Source: Clostridia bacterium (GTDB lineage: Bacteria; Bacillota; Clostridia; Christensenellales; UBA3700). From it: a DNA stretch of 64,000 bases. Below the pieces are notes generated by a model. That model worked only from the letters and a program-made list of their open reading frames with translations. It had not been told where the DNA came from and did no database searches. Position numbers and translations under genes: made by a program. The stretch is from positions 66,239-130,238 of the forward strand of contig JAIDRT010000012.1 in the NCBI GenBank assembly GCA_029061605.1. Direction: 5' to 3'. The number at the start of each line of letters is the position of its first letter. Position 1 is the first letter of the stretch. Positions 9,619 through 18,461 of this stretch are shown here, in pieces.

Positions 9619-11277
9619 TCACACGTATTGACCGTTGCGAACGTTGAACTTCAAAGTGACAAGTTTGCCGTCCTCTTCAAAGACCGTCTGCATAATATCT
9701 TCCTGCACAAACTGAGCGGAAATGATTTTTATATCCTTTTGTGCAAAAGTCTCTTTTAGTGCGGCTTTTTGTTCTTCGCCATAACTGCTTACGTCGTCAG
9801 ATATAAACAACAGACTGCCAAAAGTAGAGTTGATTTTAGCGACAAGTTTGCGTTGTTCAAAGGTCATATGCATATTGTAATCTCTCAACATAAATACGTC
9901 AGGATCGTTCATCCAGGCTCTGCCGTTGAGATGACGGCGGAAGATGGTATTGCATATTGTATGCGGTGTAGACACGTCGTCTCTTATCTTGTGTTTTTTG
10001 TTTTTCCAAGACAGTTCCACATCAGAGCCGATACGGCAATAATCCACCTTGCCGAACGCAGGCATAAGCGGTACGCCGCAACCAAGAATCAACTTATCTC
10101 CACAGCACTCTCTCAAGAAGTCCATTGCGTCGCACATAATCTCTCCGCGCGTCTTGTTATGCATAGGCAAAACGCAAGCGCCGTACAAAAAGTCAAGTTT
10201 GACAAGGTCGTATCCCCATTCGTTGAGCACCACGTCAAACACGTGTTTGATATACTCTCTTGCGCCTTCGTTGTAAATATCAAGGGAATAGAATCCTCCC
10301 CAGTTGATACCTGTGTTGTATGCCTTACCTCGTTTGTCCTTGATAAACCAATCGGGGTGCTCTTTGAAAAGCCTCGACCTCTTTACCCCTGCGAAGGGCG
10401 CAAGCCAAAGTCCGGCAATCATACCCTTAGAATGTATATTATCTGCGACTGCTTTCATACCGTCGGGGAACTTGTTCTTATCAGTAATCAGCCAATCGCC
10501 TATATTCTCCTGATAGCCGTCATCAATTTGAAAACAGTCGAACTTGGTGTCTTGAGCGGCGATACTCTCCAAATCACGGACGACAACGTCTTGGTTTATA
10601 TGACCGTAATAATTGTACCAAGAAGTATATCCACAACGCTTTTTTGTCTCGCGGGATTTTACGCCCATTTTATCAAAGTATCTGTCAAAAGCCTCATCAT
10701 ACTTTCCGCATATATGCGCAAGTTCCAACAACTTGTTTTCGCCGACATACTCCACGCCTTCCAACTCTTTGGATATAATTATTTGATTTTCGTTGCAATC
10801 AAAAGTCACTACCGTATATCCGTAGCGCTCTGTCAAAGACCCAAATATCTCCACGTCTTCGCCGTGACGAACGTAGCCGTACGACCAACCGTAGAATATA
10901 CCGCTCTTTCTTGGATAATCCCAAAAGAGAATGTCCCCCGCCTTTGGCAAACCTATTCTTTTCAACACAGTCTTTGTGACAAGGAATTCCGTCAGTCTCG
11001 TCAACTCTTTCATCTGACCGCTTGGCGTATACTCCATACTGTCCGTCCAACTCTGATAGCCGTTGACAAATATCCTGTCGTCTTTGCTAAACTTATATGG
11101 GAATTTTAAATCAAACTTCAAAAAAGATACTTTTGCTTTTGCGTTGAGCGCAACTTTCAACACTCCCTCTTCCAAAGTCGTATCTAAAGAAAAATGCTCG
11201 CAATTGTCTGAGTTGCAGACATACTTCTTGCCGTCTACCTTGTATATTAAATCATATTGAATAGCGTTTAAATCCAT
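9619..11277 (-). CDS. alpha-galactosidase-like glycoside hydrolase (GH36-type)
   Basis: 552 aa with FQIDDGYQ, GLWLAPF, VKLDFLY and NDPDV motifs characteristic of clan-D alpha-galactosidases. Confidence 0.7.
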   Translation of the reverse strand: MDLNAIQYDLIYKVDGKKYVCNSDNCEHFSLDTTLEEGVLKVALNAKAKVSFLKFDLKFPYKFSKDDRIFVNGYQSWTDSMEYTPSGQMKELTRLTEFLVTKTVLKRIGLPKAGDILFWDYPRKSGIFYGWSYGYVRHGEDVEIFGSLTERYGYTVVTFDCNENQIIISKELEGVEYVGENKLLELAHICGKYDEAFDRYFDKMGVKSRETKKRCGYTSWYNYYGHINQDVVVRDLESIAAQDTKFDCFQIDDGYQENIGDWLITDKNKFPDGMKAVADNIHSKGMIAGLWLAPFAGVKRSRLFKEHPDWFIKDKRGKAYNTGINWGGFYSLDIYNEGAREYIKHVFDVVLNEWGYDLVKLDFLYGACVLPMHNKTRGEIMCDAMDFLRECCGDKLILGCGVPLMPAFGKVDYCRIGSDVELSWKNKKHKIRDDVSTPHTICNTIFRRHLNGRAWMNDPDVFMLRDYNMHMTFEQRKLVAKINSTFGSLLFISDDVSSYGEEQKAALKETFAQKDIKIISAQFVQEDIMQTVFEEDGKLVTLKFNVRNGQYV

Positions 11278-11298
11278 AATATCCTCCCATATATCCCT

Positions 11299-11331
11299 GT
11301 CATTCTGAGCGCAGCCGAAGAATCTTAATCC
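11299..11331. repeat. hairpin-module repeat copy (family A)
   Basis: gtcaTTCTgagcgcagccgaAGAAtcttaatcc. Same architecture as the copies at 12538, 12599, 46747, 52872, 56727, 58337 and others. Confidence 0.75.
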
Positions 11332-11441
11332 GATTACACCCTCAACTTTATAAGTATAATATACAGCGCGCCTTCAAGTCAATACCGACAAGTGCGGTTT
11401 TGCGACATTTGCCGTTTATTATCAATTTATTAAAAAAAGGT

Positions 11442-11470
11442 TGTATTTTGGGTCGCATTGTGCTAAAATT
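11442..11470 (+). promoter_or_regulatory. predicted fba promoter
   Basis: TTGTAT (11442-11447), 17 nt including an extended -10 TGc, then TAAAAT (11465-11470). A GGAGG RBS precedes the ATG at 11500. Confidence 0.5.
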
Positions 11471-11499
11471 TATTCGATAAAAAAATTTGGAGGTCATTT

Positions 11500-12453
11500 A
11501 TGCCACTCGTAACATCAAAAGAAATGTTTAAGAAAGCGTATGCAGGACACTATGCAATCGGCGCTTTCAACGTAAACAATATGGAAATTATTCAGGGTAT
11601 CGTAGAAGCCGCTACCGAAGAAAACGCTCCGCTTATTCTTCAGGTATCTTCCGGCGCAAGAAAATACGCTAACCCAACTTATCTTCGCAAAATGGTTGAG
11701 GCTGCTGAAGAAGTAAGCCATCTTCCTATCTGTCTCCACCTCGATCACGGCGACACCTTTGAACTTTGCAAGAGTTGTATTGACGGCGGTTTCAATTCCG
11801 TTATGATCGACGGTAGCCACCACTCTTTCAAGGACAATATCGAATTGACAAAGAGAGTTGTTGAGTACGCTCACGATCACGGCGTAACGGTAGAAGGCGA
11901 ACTCGGACGTCTCGCAGGCGTTGAGGACGACGTAAAGGTATCGGCTGAAGACAGTTCTTATACCCGCCCAGAAGAAGTTGAAGAATTCGTAACCAAGACG
12001 GGCGTAGACTCCCTTGCTATCGCAATTGGCACTTCGCACGGCGCATTCAAGTTCAAGCCGGGCACCAAGCCGCAACTTCGTTTTGATATCCTTGAAGAAG
12101 TAAGCAGAAGACTTCCTGAGTTCCCAATAGTTTTGCACGGCGCATCTTCCGTACCTCAAGAGTTCGTCAAGATCGTCAACGAGAACGGCGGCAAACTCAA
12201 CGACGCTATCGGCGTACCTGAAGATATGCTCCGTCAAGCAGCGTCTATGGCAGTATGTAAAATCAATATCGACTCTGACCTCAGAATGGCTTGCACCGCA
12301 GGTATCCGCAAGCACTTCACAGAGCACCCCGATCACTTCGACCCAAGACAATATCTTGGCGACGCAAGAGCAAATATCAAGTATATCGTTAAGCACAAAC
12401 TTGTCAACGTACTTGGTTGCGCAGGCAAGGCTGACGAAATTCTTGGCAAGTAA
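11500..12453 (+). CDS. fba: class II fructose-1,6-bisphosphate aldolase
   Basis: 317 aa: MPLVTSKEMFKKAYAGHYAIGAFNVNNMEIIQGI...LHLDHG...GELG..AG.ED. Classic class II FBA signature. Confidence 0.9.
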   Translation: MPLVTSKEMFKKAYAGHYAIGAFNVNNMEIIQGIVEAATEENAPLILQVSSGARKYANPTYLRKMVEAAEEVSHLPICLHLDHGDTFELCKSCIDGGFNSVMIDGSHHSFKDNIELTKRVVEYAHDHGVTVEGELGRLAGVEDDVKVSAEDSSYTRPEEVEEFVTKTGVDSLAIAIGTSHGAFKFKPGTKPQLRFDILEEVSRRLPEFPIVLHGASSVPQEFVKIVNENGGKLNDAIGVPEDMLRQAASMAVCKINIDSDLRMACTAGIRKHFTEHPDHFDPRQYLGDARANIKYIVKHKLVNVLGCAGKADEILGK

Positions 12454-12471
12454 TATACAAATTTGCAAATA

Positions 12472-12511
12472 CAAAAGGTATAGACGAGCCGTCTATACCT
12501 TTTATTTATTT
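12472..12511 (+). terminator. rho-independent terminator after fba
   Basis: aaaaggtatagacg-agc-cgtctatacctttt followed by a T-rich run. Confidence 0.65.
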
Positions 12512-12537
12512 TACGTTTTATCTCAACCACTTTTTAC

Positions 12538-13012
12538 GTCATCTCGACCGCAGTGGAGAGATCTAAATCCTTTTCGTCACCTATTCCAACTATTTAATGT
12601 CACCTCGAGCGTAGTCGAGAGGTCTAATCCATACCCTCGCCGTCCCCTTGAGGGGAAGGTGTCACGCAGTGACGGAAGGGGTGTAATTTATGTCACCTCG
12701 AGCATAGTCGAGAGGTCTAATCCATATTCTCGCCGTCCCCTTGAGGGGAAGGTGTCACGTAGTGACGGAAGGGGTGTAGCCTATTCTATAGGCGTTTATA
12801 TAAATAAATATCCTTTTTAAGTCCGACCAAAATCGAGCAACGCCGATATTTTGCGTTTGGTCGGAATAAGGGCGAAGTCCAACCGTACGTCTAGCAATTA
12901 CTTTTTTATACTATTGAGATCTCTCCACTGCGGTCGAGATGACATCTAAAAAGTTATTGCGTATTTACAGGTTGTGGCGCACGCCCTCACCTGAGGAGAA
13001 GGTGTCGCAGTA
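12538..13012. repeat. repeat-dense intergenic mosaic (family A/B hairpin modules)
   Basis: Single module at 12538-12570. A ~92-bp unit occurs twice in tandem (12599-12690, 12691-12780), each made of module A plus module B (ccccttgaggggaaggtgtcacgcagtgacggaagggg). An exact inverted copy of the 12538 module lies at 12916-12945. A module-B variant lies at 12979-13012. A 10-bp stem hairpin tccgaccaaa...tttggtcgga lies at 12821-12866. Confidence 0.8.
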
Positions 13013-13068
13013 AGATATAATGATAAATAAATATATAAGGCAGTCCGGATATTGACTGCCTATCTTAA

Positions 13069-14274
13069 TTATTTTTTATTATTGACGTAATCGTTATAAA
13101 TTTTATATATTTCGCTATGAACTAAGTAAAAATTATTTTCAAGTTGTTTGACCAATGCTTCGACGAGAGGTCTATTCTCCACAATGAGTTCTTTTGCTTT
13201 ATCAAAGTATTTTTGAATTTCTGACTGAACTTTTTTTGCGAGAGTATCATTATAAGCAGGGCTGTTGAGTTCAGTAGAATCAAAATATTCAAAGCCTTGA
13301 CTTGCCAAAATTTTGACGTCGTCTTCTATCAACGTCGACGCCCTCGCCAAATCGGAATAACTCCCGATAGAACTTGTGCCGGTAAAAATCTCTTCGCAAG
13401 CCTTTCCAGCAACGCCTACTATATATCTTCTTTCTTTATCGTGATACGTCTTTGTTACGCAGTCTTTTTCATAAAATACGCCGCCGTAGTCTTCAAACAA
13501 AGCAATAAATGCCGCTTCTCCGCCCAACAGAAGGTCAACCGTAGCGTGTCCGACTTCGTGATATGCCGATACCAAATCAAATTCTTTGGCAAGTTCATCT
13601 TCTTTATACAATAGACCCGCCGTTATTAAATGTCGCATAGCAACGCGCTCGCGCCCTTCGTAAACTGCCAACCGAGAAGCGTCGTTAAAAATTTCTTCTA
13701 CGTCGGAGTAAGTGAGCGTTTGAGCAAAACAACAAAAATCGTTTATATTAAAATCTTTTTCTATCTTCTTCTCGTCAAATATAGGCTTGAATATTTCGCA
13801 AGCCTCTTGGATCTTTGGCGGTTGAAGTTCTATTATCATATTGGAATCAAATTCATCAAAAAAGTATTCTGGGATATCCTTTTTGTCTTCCACGGTTGCA
13901 ATGACGAATACTTCTCCGTTTCGACAACCGTTCATCTCCCTTATAAGTTGTCCGTATATCGCAGAATTTTTATCGCCAATATCGTCAATCAAAACTACAG
14001 AATGAGCGCTTTTTCTTGCGCTTTTGAATATTTTCTTAATCTTTTTTACGCTTATCGTTCTGGTAAAAACGTAAAATATTTCTCTTTCGCAATCAATTGT
14101 CAAAGCCTCTGCCATAAGCGTTTTCCCAACGCCTTCTTCTCCGTATATCAACAACGCTTTTGGCAATTCTACTCCAAACTTAACGTATTTATCAGTATTT
14201 TTCAAAAAATCGCAAATGCTTTTAAGTTTTTCTACTTCTTTTTTATATCCTATTATTTCTTCAATACGCTCCAT
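13069..14274 (-). CDS. cytosolic FtsH-like protein: degenerate AAA+ module plus M41-type HEXXH peptidase domain, no TM segments
   Basis: Walker A GEEGVGKT. Walker B region VVLIDDIGD has no DE pair. The SRH/RPGRFD equivalent reads YFFDEFDSNMII. Peptidase motif YHEVGHA, then GKACEEI and SYSDLARAS, comparable to FtsH. ATG at 14274 is preceded by GAGGT. Confidence 0.7.
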   Translation of the reverse strand: MERIEEIIGYKKEVEKLKSICDFLKNTDKYVKFGVELPKALLIYGEEGVGKTLMAEALTIDCEREIFYVFTRTISVKKIKKIFKSARKSAHSVVLIDDIGDKNSAIYGQLIREMNGCRNGEVFVIATVEDKKDIPEYFFDEFDSNMIIELQPPKIQEACEIFKPIFDEKKIEKDFNINDFCCFAQTLTYSDVEEIFNDASRLAVYEGRERVAMRHLITAGLLYKEDELAKEFDLVSAYHEVGHATVDLLLGGEAAFIALFEDYGGVFYEKDCVTKTYHDKERRYIVGVAGKACEEIFTGTSSIGSYSDLARASTLIEDDVKILASQGFEYFDSTELNSPAYNDTLAKKVQSEIQKYFDKAKELIVENRPLVEALVKQLENNFYLVHSEIYKIYNDYVNNKK

Positions 14275-14487
14275 AATTCTTGACCTCACGCAATATTCCT
14301 ATCAAAACTCAAGTATATCCGCTATGCCTATACATATTTAGTACCTAGCGTTCGGATAGAGACAAAATATACTCCAAATTTTTGATAGTTGACAAACTAC
14401 CTCTTCAAAACTCTATTTATATATTGTAATTAATTATGATATTATCTTAACTGCTCCGTTAAATAACCTTAGGTCGCAATAACAAAA

Positions 14488-15237
14488 TTATTCCTTGTCT
14501 TTTTTGAACAGTCCTGCCAATCTCTCTTTGATTTTTTTAAGATGTCTTTCCAAAAAGCCGTTAGAGCGCTTGTTTTCCCTATACTCTTTGCGAAGAGAGC
14601 CAAGCAACTCTTTTTTGATATTTTTGTTGGCAAAGAATTCTTCCATATTGCTCATCACTTCGACGTAATAATTGGCGACGAACTTAATATACCCCATTAT
14701 GCCCTGCTGAACTTCATTCTCGTCGGCGCCGTTCTCCAACTTGGCATAATAATACAATAGGTCTACCGTCTCGTCGTTCAACTTAAAGAAGTAGTTCTTG
14801 CCGTTGAGATATTCTGCGAGCGCGACGTAAGCCACCATATTTTTGGTATACTCTTTAGTCAACTCCTGTATCTTGGCGTCGACTTTTGCAAAAACTTCTT
14901 TTGGACAATCAAATATATTGTCCCACTCCACTTTATCGACTGCCTGCCCCTCGCCGTCTTTTAAAAGTTGGGTCTTTGCGATCTTCAAAATATCTGCCTT
15001 GTCAGCGACTTTATCAATAAAATCTTGCTCTTTTGGATAAATAGCCTGATTGCTCTTACTTTGATGTAAAAGCAATGATTGCAAAAGCAAGTCAAAATTG
15101 AGCAAATACTCTTGAGTACTCAACTCACCGTCAACGCCTTTAGCAACGTCGCATATCTCCGCCAAGAACTTCGTCAACTTGGCATATTTCTTATCAAGTT
15201 TTTCTTCAGTATCTGCGCTCATTGCTACACCTTCCAC
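14488..15237 (-). CDS. hypothetical protein (249 aa, acidic, helical)
   Basis: Long clean ORF. No family recognised. Confidence 0.5.
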   Translation of the reverse strand: MEGVAMSADTEEKLDKKYAKLTKFLAEICDVAKGVDGELSTQEYLLNFDLLLQSLLLHQSKSNQAIYPKEQDFIDKVADKADILKIAKTQLLKDGEGQAVDKVEWDNIFDCPKEVFAKVDAKIQELTKEYTKNMVAYVALAEYLNGKNYFFKLNDETVDLLYYYAKLENGADENEVQQGIMGYIKFVANYYVEVMSNMEEFFANKNIKKELLGSLRKEYRENKRSNGFLERHLKKIKERLAGLFKKDKE

Positions 15238-15569
15238 AAACTGATTTCTCTACGTTAATATTTTAATACTTTTTGACACGTTAGTCAAGACCAACGACAC
15301 AGTTGGTTATAGAGATTTAAGCAGCCTTAAATTGCCGCGGATTACACGAAGGTATATTTTTAAGATTTACTTACCAAGTTATTCGTTATAAAATTGCGAA
15401 ATTTGTCGATTTTATACGAAATTTAATTATTTTTGTAATTTTGTACAAAAGTTATTTAAAAACGCTTGCCAATTAGCCACATTAACGCTATGATAGTATT
15501 ACAGGAATATAAAGCAAGACTTATTTTGAATTCCCATCTAAATAAAATACTATGCGCGGAGATGATATT

Positions 15570-15947
15570 ATGCCAACGTCTTATGATATTGATTTGCATT
15601 ATTTGGCTAAAAAAGCCAAAAGCCGACTCTCAAGTCACAATGAAGGAAACTCAACCGATTACAACAAGTATATTCAAAGAGCCAACGACACCTATTTGTT
15701 GATACTCAAAATGGTAACTGAAGAACAAACCGTATACAATCCTATATCGCGATTTGTTGGAAAGGATCTCAAGAACGTCCCCGATTCAAGCGAAAAAATC
15801 AGAACTGTCCTAGAAACAAGTCGGCACGTCAGTGAAATAAGACAAAGAGTGAGAACCGACCTCATCAAAAAAGCGCGAAACAACGAAACCGTCTACGTTG
15901 AAGGCAAAGAATACGATCCATTAGATCTCTTACGCAAATTACACTAA
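15570..15947 (+). CDS. hypothetical protein (~125 aa)
   Basis: ORF 15552..15947. ATG at 15570 is preceded by GGAGA. No family recognised. Confidence 0.45.
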   Translation: MPTSYDIDLHYLAKKAKSRLSSHNEGNSTDYNKYIQRANDTYLLILKMVTEEQTVYNPISRFVGKDLKNVPDSSEKIRTVLETSRHVSEIRQRVRTDLIKKARNNETVYVEGKEYDPLDLLRKLH

Positions 15948-15991
15948 TACGCATTTACTAAAATTTTTACACTACTAAACATACACAAGCA

Positions 15992-16025
15992 ACAAGAGCC
16001 TTCGGAATGATCCGAAGGCTCTTGT
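15992..16025. terminator. bidirectional hairpin terminator between convergent genes
   Basis: Perfect 15-bp stem acaagagccttcgga-atga-tccgaaggctcttgt. Confidence 0.7.
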
Positions 16026-16056
16026 CGTAAGTTGTGTGGGATTAGGTTATGGCGAA

Positions 16057-17469
16057 TTAAGATTGCGGCGCCAAACTTTCAAGGCGAGAATTCTTGATTC
16101 TCTGCAAAGTATCCTTTGCCTCCTGCTCGGCTTTGGCAAGCGCTTGATTATATTGTTCCAGCGCTCCGCCAAGTTTTGCGACCGCCTGCTGTTGCGCGTC
16201 GGCAATGTTTTGTTTTTGTTCGTCAGTCAGACTTGCGTCCATCTTCTCCTTCATATCGGCTGCCTTCTTCTCAAGTTCTACGGAGATATCTTTGAGATCT
16301 TCAACCGTAATGCTATCAAAATCAATATCTTTTATCTCTATACTTGCAAGCGCTGCCTGAATTTTATTTACGATATCTTGCGAAAGCGGTTTGTCCTGCA
16401 ATTGCTCCTTACTTTCTTCAAGTTTTTCGACTGCGCCGTCGAGTTTATCTCTCATATCTTGCGTCAATCCGTCCGCGCTGTTTTTAGCGACCTTATCAAC
16501 GTATGCTCCGATACTGTCCACCGTCACGTTGCCTTGGCTATCTTTAAGCGCTTCGACATCGACCCCAAGTTGGGTGGCAATAGCAAGCACGTCGTCTTCA
16601 GCAAGCAACTTATCCGCCGTATCTTGCGCAAATACCACGCTCTTTGCCAAAAGTTCGACGCTCTTTGCGGCAATGGAAAGTCCGCCGTACTGAGCCACGG
16701 CAAGGCCGCCCTCTATCACGCCTTTATATTCCATATACTTTGTAATATACACTGCTTCCTGAGCCGTCACAACTGCGGTTTGATATACCTGCTCTGCCGC
16801 AAGTTTTGCCTCCTCAAAAGCCTTTGTGGAAAAGTCTTCCAAGTTGTTATACGCCTCGTCGACAATCTCCAAAAGTTGTTGGGTGCTCATCTTTACGGCG
16901 TCGTCCATTTTGAGAGAAAAGTCAGCCGCCATTGCGCTGTTGATAAGTCTCAACTTGCCTGCCGTCAAATTCTGATAATACTCGTTATCTGCATTTTGCT
17001 CCTTGAGTTTTGCAAGTTGATAGTTGAGCACAAACGAGCCTTCTTTGTCGTAATTGATTTCAAATGCAAGTTTTTCGTCCGTATTGGTTACTGCCACTCC
17101 GATTTTATCCAAAATGTTGCTCTCAACCTTAGAATCGTCGCTTGACACTGACACCTGCACTCCGCAATTATCTTTTGTCAAATACCCCATTTTTACGGCA
17201 AGGTCCATTATCTTTTGGCTTGCCTCCTGTATATCCATACCTACTATGACTTCTCCGTACAGCAAGACGAGCGCGTCGTCGTTCTCGCAACTGTAAGACA
17301 TAATCTTTTGGTCTTTATCCAGAACAAATCTTATTGACGGATTTATATCCATAGAGACATAACTCGTCGCAACAGGCTCTTTGTCTTTGTTGACGTCGCA
17401 ACCTGCAAAGCAAGCCACTGCGCCAATTACCATAGCCAAAACCATCATTATTGCAACTGCTTTTTTCAT
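16057..17469 (-). CDS. lipoprotein with long coiled-coil / Ala-Glu-Lys-rich C-terminal region
   Basis: Signal peptide with lipobox MKKAVAIMMVLAMVIGAVACFAGC. The N-terminal DINPSIRFVLDKD segment resembles RsgI_N / PepSY-like modules. Confidence 0.7.
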   Translation of the reverse strand: MKKAVAIMMVLAMVIGAVACFAGCDVNKDKEPVATSYVSMDINPSIRFVLDKDQKIMSYSCENDDALVLLYGEVIVGMDIQEASQKIMDLAVKMGYLTKDNCGVQVSVSSDDSKVESNILDKIGVAVTNTDEKLAFEINYDKEGSFVLNYQLAKLKEQNADNEYYQNLTAGKLRLINSAMAADFSLKMDDAVKMSTQQLLEIVDEAYNNLEDFSTKAFEEAKLAAEQVYQTAVVTAQEAVYITKYMEYKGVIEGGLAVAQYGGLSIAAKSVELLAKSVVFAQDTADKLLAEDDVLAIATQLGVDVEALKDSQGNVTVDSIGAYVDKVAKNSADGLTQDMRDKLDGAVEKLEESKEQLQDKPLSQDIVNKIQAALASIEIKDIDFDSITVEDLKDISVELEKKAADMKEKMDASLTDEQKQNIADAQQQAVAKLGGALEQYNQALAKAEQEAKDTLQRIKNSRLESLAPQS

Positions 17470-17604
17470 AATTGATCTCCTTTTTGAGTTGTTTCGATTA
17501 ATAAACTTTTGTCAAAAGCCTTTTATTGGCAATATTTAAAAATATTTTATTTTTTCAACGCTTGACAAATATATATTCTCGACTATACAATATTGAAAAC
17601 GAAT

Positions 17605-17790
17605 AATATTGCAAGGTTGCTTTGGGACATACGTCAAAGAATGTCCCCTGCATTAAAAAGGGAACGGAGTGAAAATCTTCGACAGCCCCCGCTACTGTAA
17701 CGGCTACGAACGTTCGTGAACACTGAATTAAAAATCGGGAAGAGAGCGCTAGGTATGAAGCCGTAAGTCAGGAGACCTGCCTGTAATATA
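17605..17790 (+). promoter_or_regulatory. cobalamin (B12) riboswitch
   Basis: Conserved core aaaagggaacggagtgaaaatc...cagcccccgctactgtaa. The B12 box agtcaggagacctgcc is at 17767-17782. A weak hairpin plus T-run (gccctatttaaagggcattttt, ~17838-17859) follows. Located upstream of the DUF4430 and ECF-S genes. Confidence 0.8.
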
Positions 17791-17995
17791 AAAAGACGGA
17801 TTTCGGTGGGAGATCAAGTCGTGGCATTGCCATTCCCGCCCTATTTAAAGGGCATTTTTCTTTCACGCGATTTTCCGTTGACTCACGATACGATAATAGA
17901 ATAATGAATTTTTGTGAAATCAACTTCTATTCTCTATTCTTTATTATCTATTATCTATTATTTAAATATTGATCTTATAAAAGGAGTATACTCAA

Positions 17996-18460
17996 ATGAA
18001 AAAGTATGCAAAAATTATTACAGCAATTTTAATCGTCTCAATGCTTTCATTAGCGCTCTTTGCCTGCATCAATCCCGACAGTGACAAAGAGGGCAAAATG
18101 ACCCTTGTTCTTCTTGACGGAGACAACGCCCAAGAATACGTCGTAGACCTTTCCAAACTTCCGTCCGGCAACTCTCAAACCGGATTGATAGCAGTCCTCG
18201 ATTATCTTCAAAAAGAAGGAAGACTTACCTACTCTGTTGACGGCACTCTTTTGACCCAGGTAGGCGATCTAAAAAACAACGCCGCCGAAAATACGTGGAT
18301 ATGGCTCTACACAGACGTAGAAGCGGATATAAACGTAACTGAATGGGCAGTGCAAACTACCTACAAAGGTAAGACTTACACCGACAGCGGCGTAGGCGCA
18401 AGCCAAATGAGTATCAAAAACGGTTGCACTATAATCATCACATATATGATCTACAACTGA
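17996..18460 (+). CDS. DUF4430-like lipoprotein (putative extracellular cobalamin-binding protein)
   Basis: Lipobox LSLALFAC. 154 aa. AAAGGAG RBS. B12-riboswitch controlled. The DUF4430 assignment is from the sequence pattern and context only. Confidence 0.6.
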   Translation: MKKYAKIITAILIVSMLSLALFACINPDSDKEGKMTLVLLDGDNAQEYVVDLSKLPSGNSQTGLIAVLDYLQKEGRLTYSVDGTLLTQVGDLKNNAAENTWIWLYTDVEADINVTEWAVQTTYKGKTYTDSGVGASQMSIKNGCTIIITYMIYN

Positions 18461-18461
18461 T

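Noticed and set aside
9769-11109. Long antisense ORFs opposite well-supported genes. Examples: 446 aa at 9769-11109 opposite the alpha-galactosidase, 319 aa at 11515-12474 opposite fba, 369 aa at 16036-17145 opposite the lipoprotein, 351 aa at 44755-45810 opposite gyrB. Others: 288 aa at 26162-27028 opposite the MATE pump, 241 aa at 28390-29115 opposite ftsH, and 228 aa at 3579-4265 opposite the anSME.
   Set aside because: These are shadow ORFs. The opposite-strand products have unmistakable family motifs. The antisense translations are low-complexity, Cys/Phe/Arg-rich and have no RBS or recognisable domains.
12599-12780. Possible CRISPR array (also considered for 37746-38094).
   Set aside because: These are tandem direct repeats with no unique spacers between them, the units are 92 and 164 bp, and no cas genes are in the window.
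12356-12820. 154-aa ORF spanning the fba 3' end and the repeat mosaic (contains PLEGKVSRSDGRGV twice).
   Set aside because: The apparent protein repeat is the translation of tandem hairpin-module DNA repeats. It starts inside fba in another frame.
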